Positions 27,235-36,200 of a stretch of 64,000 nucleotides of DNA are shown piece by piece. The translations under genes and the position numbers were made by a program. Location: positions 469,064-533,063 of the forward strand of contig CAVTPQ010000003.1 in NCBI GenBank assembly GCA_963736605.1. The letters run 5' to 3'. This stretch comes from an uncultured Alphaproteobacteria bacterium (lineage in GTDB: Bacteria > Pseudomonadota > Alphaproteobacteria > Rhizobiales > Xanthobacteraceae). The notes beneath the pieces were generated by a model. The model made no database searches. It saw only the letters and a program-made list of their open reading frames with translations, and was not told where the DNA came from. Every line of letters begins with the position of its first letter. Position 1 is the first letter of the stretch.

Positions 27235-30200
27235 ATGATGGCTGCATTCGCGAGGGAGGGCGGTTACGGAATTCCGGCTTCCGTAATCCGTAGCGATTCC
27301 TCCCATCCCAATCACATCATCGTCCCGGATGCGCAGTTGCTGTTCACGGCGCAATTCCACCGCGCCGGACCCGATCTCATCCTGATCAGCCAGGACGGCC
27401 GCCATCATATTATTCCGGGTTATTTCGCCTCGGAGCATCGGCCGGCTTTGGCGGCGCCGAACGGCGCCAGCCTCACGCCGGATCTGGTCGATCTGTTGGC
27501 CGGGTCGCCGACGGCCAACGAATACGCCCAGGCGGGTGCTCCGGCGGCGCCAACTCCCGTCGGCACGGTCGAAAAAGTCGTCGGCAGCGTCGCGGTGATG
27601 CGCAACGGCGTCGCGGTCGCGCTCCATGTCGGCGACAAAGTCTACCAGAGCGACGTGATCCAGACCGGCTCCGATTCGCAGGTCGGCATCAGCTTCCCCG
27701 ACGGCACCGCGCTCAATCTCACCGCCAATACGCGGATGGCGATCAACGAATTCAGCTACGATGAGCACGCGGCGTCCGGCAACGGCGCGCTGCTCAGCCT
27801 GGTCGAGGGCTCGTTCTCCTTTGTCGCCGGCAAGGTGGCGCATACCGGCGACATGAAGATCGATACGCCGGTGGCGATCATGGGCATCCGCGGCACCACC
27901 GGCTGGGTGATGGAGCAGGTCGCCACGGTTTCGGCGACCGCGGGCAATGTCACCGTGACGTTCGCGATCGTGCCCGATTTCGGCACCAACCGGGTCGGCG
28001 CCTACGATCTGATCGATCGCAACGGCAATGTCGTTGCGACGGTGTCGGAAGCCGGGCTCGCGGCAACACTGACGGGCAACGGTGTCAATCAGCCGCCGTC
28101 GGTCAGCTTCGCGCAGCTGTCGCCCGCGCAGGCGCAGTTTCAACAGAACGTCATTCCGGCGATCGGCGAGGTCATTCAGCACGCCATTCAGAACAACAAT
28201 CAACCCAATAATAATAACAATAACAACAACCCGACCCCGCAATCGACGCCCGGCAGCCACAGCGACGGCACGCTGCCGCAAGACGTGCCGAACAACCAGA
28301 CCCAGCCGCCACTGGTCAGCAATCCGACCACCACCACGGTCGTCGTCAACACGCCCACCGGCACGCAGACCGTAGACATCACGCTCGCGCCGACCCCGCC
28401 GACCCCGCCGGCACCGACGCCACCGCCGCCTACGCCCACGCCCACGGGTCCGATTACCGACACGTGGAGTCCCCTGAGTGGGAATCCCGCGAGCCCGCCG
28501 ACCTGGAATACGCCGCAAAACTGGAATGCCGGTACGCCGCCGGCGCCGATCGATAATGCTCAGGTTAACTCACCGGTCCCGGCCACCATTACCGATGTCG
28601 AATCGGTCCAAAATCTAACGGTCGCCCTCGGCGCTACCGTTGCGGTCGTCAGCAACACAGGCGCGACCGCGAGTTCGCTCACGGTGTCGAACAGTGCCGA
28701 CGATGCCGGTAAGATCCAAGCCGATTCCACGACTACCGATCCGATCGTCAAATTCGATCTCGCGACGGTGACGGTGGAATCCACCGGAACGATCGAAGCG
28801 CACGGCAACCAGGCGACAGTGTTGTTCTCGGGCGACACCGTCACCGTCAGTACTTCGGGATCGATCATCGCCGACGATTTCGGCGGCATCGTCTTCAATA
28901 CCGCCACGGATTCGAACGGACAAATTCACGGCGATACCCTCGACAATGCCGGCAGCATGACCGCGACCTCCGGCGGCGGAATGTTGATCCAATCGACCCT
29001 TCTCACCAACGAGACCGGCGCGATCATCGAGGCAGACACCGGCGGCACCGTCGAACTCCTGAGCAGCTTCGTTGAGAAAAACCTTGGCACATTCGAAGCT
29101 GGCTCTGATGGCAAATTCGAGATTGTCGATAGCACGATCGACAACGCCGGCGGCAACGTCGAGGCGATCGGCAGCGGCGCCCTCGTGCAGCTGTCCGATT
29201 CGATCATTGAGGGCGGTACGGTAGCAACCGGCGATCCGTCGTCCAGCGCAGCCGGCGAAATCGAAATACTCGCGGCGAGTGGCGCTAATTTGAGCATGCT
29301 CGACGGCACGACCAATGGGCCGCTGACGCTGAATGCCTATGTGCAAGTTGATGCCAATGCCAATCTCGATCTCACCGGTACCATCAACAGCACCGGCACG
29401 GTTGATGCGATCGGCACTGTGCTGCTTTCCGATGCGACTATTCAGGGCGGCATTCTAACGAGCGGCGCTTCCGGGCTTTTCGAAATTCAAAACGTGCCGA
29501 ATAACGCCCCGAGCACGTTCGAAGACGTGACCGTCAGCGGCGCGACCATCCATGTCGACGGCACGCTCGCACTCGACGGCGACACGATCAGCGGCGGCAC
29601 TATCGATGCGCTACTTGGGCCGGCAGGCTCCCCGCAGCCGATTGAGATTCCCGTGCTGGGCTACAACGCCATCGGGCCCGCGGTCAGCGCCAACGGCGAA
29701 TTCGTCGCCTTCATTGCCTCGACCAGCCTGCCGGGACAAGGCGGCGACACGGCCGGATTGATTGAGCTCTACAACGCGACGAGTGGTCAGCTGACCAACA
29801 TTTCCGCGCTCGTTCCGGAAATCGATCTGCACGATGGTGAGCACTTCGGTGACGTACCCTCTATCAGCGACAGTGGCCGCTACGTCGTATTCCAAGGCAA
29901 GTACCAAGTCACTCAAGATAACCTGGACGGCACGACCACAACGTTCCCGTCGTCGGACGTCTTTCTCGACGACAGCCAAACGCAGCAGGTGACGTTGGTG
30001 CGCTCGGACACCGGCAGTGCCGTGATCAGCGGCAACGGCCAGGTCATCGCCGCGCAAGGCAACACGACCGAAAGCGGCGGCGACCACATACTGGTGATGA
30101 ACGACAATGGGTCCGTCCAAACCGAGATCGAAGGCGACCCGAGTTACGTTCCGCCTGATAACAACTCCGACAATTTCGGCAATATCGGATCGGTCTACGA

Positions 30201-33200
30201 TCCGTCGCTGAGCGACAACGGCCGGTTTGTCAGCTTCTGGAGTACGGCGTCGGAAATCGCCGTGACGCAGAACGGGGTGACAACCGATATCTCCACGGGC
30301 AACACGTCGGAGACCGTCGCCCAGGTTTACGTCTACGACACCCTGACCCACACCCTGAAGGAGGCTTCGGGCACCCTCGGCGGCGTCCAGGGCAATGGCG
30401 ACAGCGGCGCGCTCACGCTTGGCAACAACAATAGCGATTGGACGCCGGCGCTCAGCGGCAACGGCCGCTTCGTCGTATTCCAGAGCACCGCGTCGAACCT
30501 CGTTGCCGGCGTCGGCGACGCCAATCACGACGTCTCCAATATTTTCCTTTACGACACGCACACCGGCAAAACCGTCGCCGTCACCACCGCCGACGGATCG
30601 ACGGTGACCGGCAGCAGCATGCGGCCGGAAATCAGCGCCGACGGCAAATACATCACGTTTGCGAGCGACGCCAGCGACCTGCCCGGCGCCAACGGCGGCT
30701 GGCAGACCTATATGGTCGCGATCGATCCGGCGACCGGGGCGCTTGGCTCGCCCGAACTGCTTTCGACCGGCTTTGCCGGCGCCGACAACGGCCAGAACAA
30801 CCTCGCCAACAGCGTCAGCGACGGCGGCGGCGTGGCGGCCTTCGGCGGGGCCGCGCTCGGCTTCAATATCGACGTGGGGCAGGCGACGGTGGTCTCAGCC
30901 GCGGCCGGCACGGTCAAGTTCGCGGGCGGCGCCGTCACCGACTACAACCCGGCCGGAGATACGCTGACCGTAACGGTCAGCGTCGCACACGGCACGCTCG
31001 CGCCGGTCGATACAATCTCGGCAAGCTCGGGCCTCTCCATCGTCGGCGGCAATAACGGCAGCCACGGCACGCTCGAGTTCAGCGGCCCGCTCGATGCGGT
31101 GAACGCCGCTTTGCAGAGCGGCGCCATCTATACGCCGACCGGCTACAACCAGAGTTCGCCGTTTCCCGACACAATGTCGATGACGGTGACGAACACGGCA
31201 GGCGAAATCGCGACACAGACGACGCAATTCGATCCGCAGGCAAGCGGCGTCGTCACCGGCGCAACAAATACCGGGCAATACGACATCTTCCTCGAAAACC
31301 AGCAGACGGTCGACGTCACCGGCGATACCACGATCAACGACCATGCGACGATCGACGGCGGCCTGCTGAGGGTCGAGAGCGGCGTGACGCTGACACTCAA
31401 CGACGTCACCGACAACGGCTCAACGATCCTCAATAACGGCACGCTCGATTTCACCGGCCCGGCGACCCTGCAAAACATCAACCTTATAGGCGGCCAGCTC
31501 ACGATCGAGAGCGACCAAACCCTGACGCTTGGTGACGGCGAGACGCCGGGTGAGGTCACGTTCAAGAACGTCACGGTCACCGATAACGGCACCCTCCAGG
31601 TCGACGCCAACGAAACGCTGACTTGGGCGGGCAGCGATTCGGTCGACGGCTCGGGTGTCTCGGGCGACCTGGTTTTCGATAATAACGGCCACGTCATTTA
31701 TGCCGGTGCGCTCGCCAGCCAGTTTTCGACGGTGACCTGGGAGGGCGCCGGCACGGTCACGCGCGACGGCGGTGGGGTGTCGGGCCCTTCCGATACGCTC
31801 GTCACGAACGAAGGCAATACTTTCGACGGCTTCGGCACGCAGGGCGGCGTCGGCACGACGCTGGTCAACGAGGCGGCCGGCACCTTCGATGCCGACGTCG
31901 CCCATCAGACCTACACGCTTGATTTCAGCAACATCACCAATGCCGGCACGCTGGAGGCGACCAACGGCGGCGAGCTTTTGGTGCACAGCACGGTGCAAAA
32001 TTCGATCGAAGATACCGAAAGCAGCGTCGTTGCGTCCGGCGGTTTTGTCGATTTCGAACTCGGCATCAGCGACGGGACCGCAACGATCAGCGATGGCGGC
32101 AAGCTGGAATACGGCTGGAGCTCGAATGTCGCCACGACATTCGCCGACGCGAGCACGCTGCAGCTCGATCATCAGGATCAGGGCGATGCGCAGGCCTATA
32201 CCGGCACGGTCAGGGGCTTCGGCTCCGGCGACGTGCTCGATCTGAGAGGATTTGAATCGCAGTCGCAATCGAACGATCAATTCACGACGTCCCCCAGTTA
32301 CGACAGCGACACCAACACCACGACGCTGACGATAACGGACACGTCGCAGGGCAACGAAACGTCGGCACCGATCACTTTGTCCGGCGATTACTCGACTGCA
32401 ACGCTAGCTTCCGAAAATCTCGGCTGGTCGGCCACCAGCGACGGCAGCGGCGGCGTGAACGTGACCGAGCAGCCGCTGCCGAATTTCATCTCGTTCTCGG
32501 GCGGGACTATCAATACGAACGGGAATGTTACGCCGCAGATCAGTCCTGACGGCAGCACGCTCACACTGACGGACGGCAACGCTAGCGAAGCCGCTAGCTG
32601 GTTCGCCACCAATCAGGTTTCGGTCGCAGGCTTCACCGCCTCATTCGATTACAAGGCGACTGGGTCAGAGGGCAATCTGGCGGACGGGATGGCCTTCATC
32701 CTGCAGGATTCCAATGCCGGCATTAACGCCTTGGGGGGTAACGGCAGCTCTCTCGGTTATGGCGCCCCCAACCCTACGGGCGGCGGCACTACGATTTCCC
32801 CCAGCGCTGCGGTCGAGTTGAATCTGTACAATGCCGACAGTCCCCATGTGCCGGGCACCAATTTTGCGACAGACGGCGGCTTCGGAAGTTACAATCCGAC
32901 TGGCAGCGTGGACTTCGCGGATACCGGCGACGCAATACAGGTCGTCCTCAGCTACAACGGCAGGGCGTTGACCGAAACGCTGACGGATCTCGTCAACGGC
33001 AACACCTATTCGACGACCTACAACAACGTCGATCTGGCGCAGATTCTGGGCTCCACCACCGCCTATGTCGGTTTCTCGGCCGCCACCGGGGGCGGCGTAT
33101 CGACCCAGACGGTGAGCGATTTCATTTTCGGCACCGCGGCGCAGGCCCATTGGGTGGGCGCGCCGGGTGCTGACTGGACCACCTCAGGCGATTGGAGCGA

Positions 33201-36200
33201 TGGCAACGGCCACGTTATCGCGACGCCGAATTCCACCAGCGACGTCGTCATCGACGAAAGCGGCAACTATACGCTCGCGATCACGAGCGCCGACACGGCG
33301 AACTTGGTCACGCTCACGGCTGCCGGCGCCGACGTTCAGGACGAGGCCGGCGGCTCGCTGACGCTCGCCGGCGCGCTGAGCGTCGACGCGGGCTCATTCA
33401 GCCTCATCGGCGGCAGTTTGACGGCAGCGTCGATTTACGTGGGAAGCGCCAGCTATTTCGTCGCCGAAGGCACCGTGCAGGCCCCGCTCGATAACGACGG
33501 CGGGACCGTGCAGGCCTACGGAAACCTCTCCCTGTCCGGCGCGGTGACCGGCTCTGGCACGTTCGAGGTCAACGGGCATACGCTGGATTTCGGCAACTCG
33601 ATCGCCGGCGGAACGGTAGATTTCGGCGCCGACACCGGCACGCTCCAACTCGACCAATCCGCGAACTTCCACGCCACGGTCAACAATTTCACCGGCAGCG
33701 ACGTGATGGATCTGACCGATGTCGCCTATTCGTCGGGCGAAATCGCGAGTTGGACGCAGGTCACCAGTTCCGGCGGCACTCTGCAGATCTATAACGGCGA
33801 TACGCTGGAGGAGACACTGAATCTCGCCGGTACCTACACGACTGCGAACTTCTCGCTGGCACAAGACTCCGGCGCCGCCTCGCCGCCGGGCAGTCCGGGC
33901 ACGGAAGTGCTGTGGAGCGCGGGCAACACGCCGCCGCCGGTCGATACGTGGACCGGCACCGGCGACTGGACTGACGGGACCCATTGGAGCACCGGCTCCG
34001 CGCCAGGCGCGGGTGCGCAAGCAGCTATTGCAAGTGGCGGTGCTCCGGGAATCAACTTTAATCTCACGTTCGACAGTCTCACAATGCAAAGCAGCGGCGA
34101 GATTGATATCGGCGTGACGTCCGGGGCGATCCTTACCCTCGACGACGGCACGACGATCACTGGCGGCAACTTGGTCATAGGCGATGGCCAAAGTGGCGAG
34201 CTTAAGATCGAGGCCAACGGCACCAACACGTCCGGCGCCACGCTCGACGACGTCAGCGTGCAGAATTTCGGCACCATCCAGGTTGATATCGGACAGCAGC
34301 CGGTTGACTTGGTCTTGTCCGACGGCACGACCGTGAGCGGCGGCACGCTGTCGATCGGCGGCTCGGGCGAAGTCGAGATCGCAGTCGGCAGCGGCATCAA
34401 CGGCAACGGCGCGACGCTCGACGGCGTCACAGTGAACAATCAAGGTCTGCTGCGAGTCGACGACGCCGCAACGCTCACCGTCGCCGACATGGTGACGCTG
34501 CAAGACGGCGGCACGGTGTCGATGCTGAACGCCGGCTCTGGCAGCAATATCGTCGGCGTGCGCGGTTCCGACAATAATCCTGCGAAACTCGACAACGTCG
34601 ACAACATCATCAAGGGGCCTGGCACGATCGGCGACGGCAGCGGGGATTTGGCGCTTACCAATGCCGGCACAATCGACGCCACCCAGGGTCAGACCACTCT
34701 CGATACCGGGAATACCATCACCAACAAGGGCCTGCTTGAGGCGAGCAGCATTGGCTCGCTCGACGTTCAGGACGGCACGATCAACTGGGCTGGCACGACG
34801 CCGACCGCTGGTAGCAATGGTATCTTTGTCGCCGGCACATTGCTGGTGGATACCGCCACGTTGAAACTTACTGGCGGCGGCGACGTGTCGCTCGCAGCCG
34901 GCAGTCAAATCATCGAGGAGCCCGGCAACCAGTTGGTAACGTCTGGCGTTGCTCTAGCCCTGGACAATGTAGACAACACCATTTCGGGCGCGGGCACGAT
35001 CGGCAATCACGACGACCTTCTGGCCCTGACCAACGAGGCCAATGGCACGATCGATGCCAATGTCTCCCGCGCTACGCTTACCATCGACACCGCCGACGAT
35101 CAGGGCCATTCCAGCACGCTCGCCAATGCCGGCACACTGAAAGCGGAAAACGGCGGCGAGCTTTCGGTCCACAGTATCGTCGACAATACCAACGGCACGG
35201 TCGTGGTGTCGGGCGCCGGCAGCTTCGTCGATTTCCTGCTCGGCATCTCTGGCGGCAGCGCGACCATCGCGGACGGCGGCAAGCTGGAATACGGCTGGAG
35301 TTCGGATGTCGCCACCGCCTTTACCGGTCCCGGCACGCTCCAGCTCGACCATCAAAATCAGGAAGACCCGCAGGTCGTGAGCGCGGCTGCGCAGCAGTTA
35401 TCGCTACCCTATGGCGGCACGGTGACGGATTTCGGCACCGGCGATACGATCGACCTGACCGATCTCGCCTATGCCACGAACGAGACCGTGACCTGGACGC
35501 AAGGCGTCGGCAGCGGCACTTTGGCGATTACAAGCGGCGGGCAAACCGCGGACATCGCCCTCGCCGGCACCTATTCGCAGGGCAATTTTGCGCTGTCGAA
35601 GGACAACGGCTCCGGCACCGACGTGGTGTTCAACGACTTTTCTTGGGGCGAGCTCAACTATCCGGCCGTCGTGCAAGGCGAACACCTGTTTGGGGTCAAT
35701 CCGCAGTTCGACTCGTCGGCGGGGTTCATAGCGCTGGCCTACAACGATGCGACCGATTATTCGACGAGCGACACCAGCTTCACGGCCACGCCGAATGTCG
35801 AATCGTTGGATCCGTTTTTCCTGCCGGGGCGGCACGCGCCGCAGACGCTGAGTTCCTTTACCGTGCAGGCACCCGGCCGTTATAATTTGATCGTGCCCAA
35901 CATCGATTATTCGGCGGGCAACTCGCCCGATGGCGTGGCGGGCGTGTTTGCGACCGGCATCTACGTCTTTAAGGGTAAGGTCGATAGTACCAACGGCATC
36001 TGGCAAGTCATTGCCACGCCGGATGGGAACGGCGGCGTCACTCCCGGCGCGCCGACGGAAATCGGCGATGCGTCAACGACCGGCGAGACCATCTATAATC
36101 TGAAGGAAACGTCGCACAGCAGCGGTGGGATCGCTTCAAGCTATTCCATCTCGTGGGATCAATTCGGTGGTAGCAGCACTACCACCGGATCATACAATAT

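Noticed and set aside
27088-34908. Multiple 200-500-aa ORFs inside and antisense to the giant gene (for example 27088-28518, 29611-30561, 31420-32280 and 33394-34908)
   Set aside because: All are Arg/Gly/Ala-rich shadow frames of the giant ORF. Only the giant ORF shows consistent protein-like sequence and repeats.
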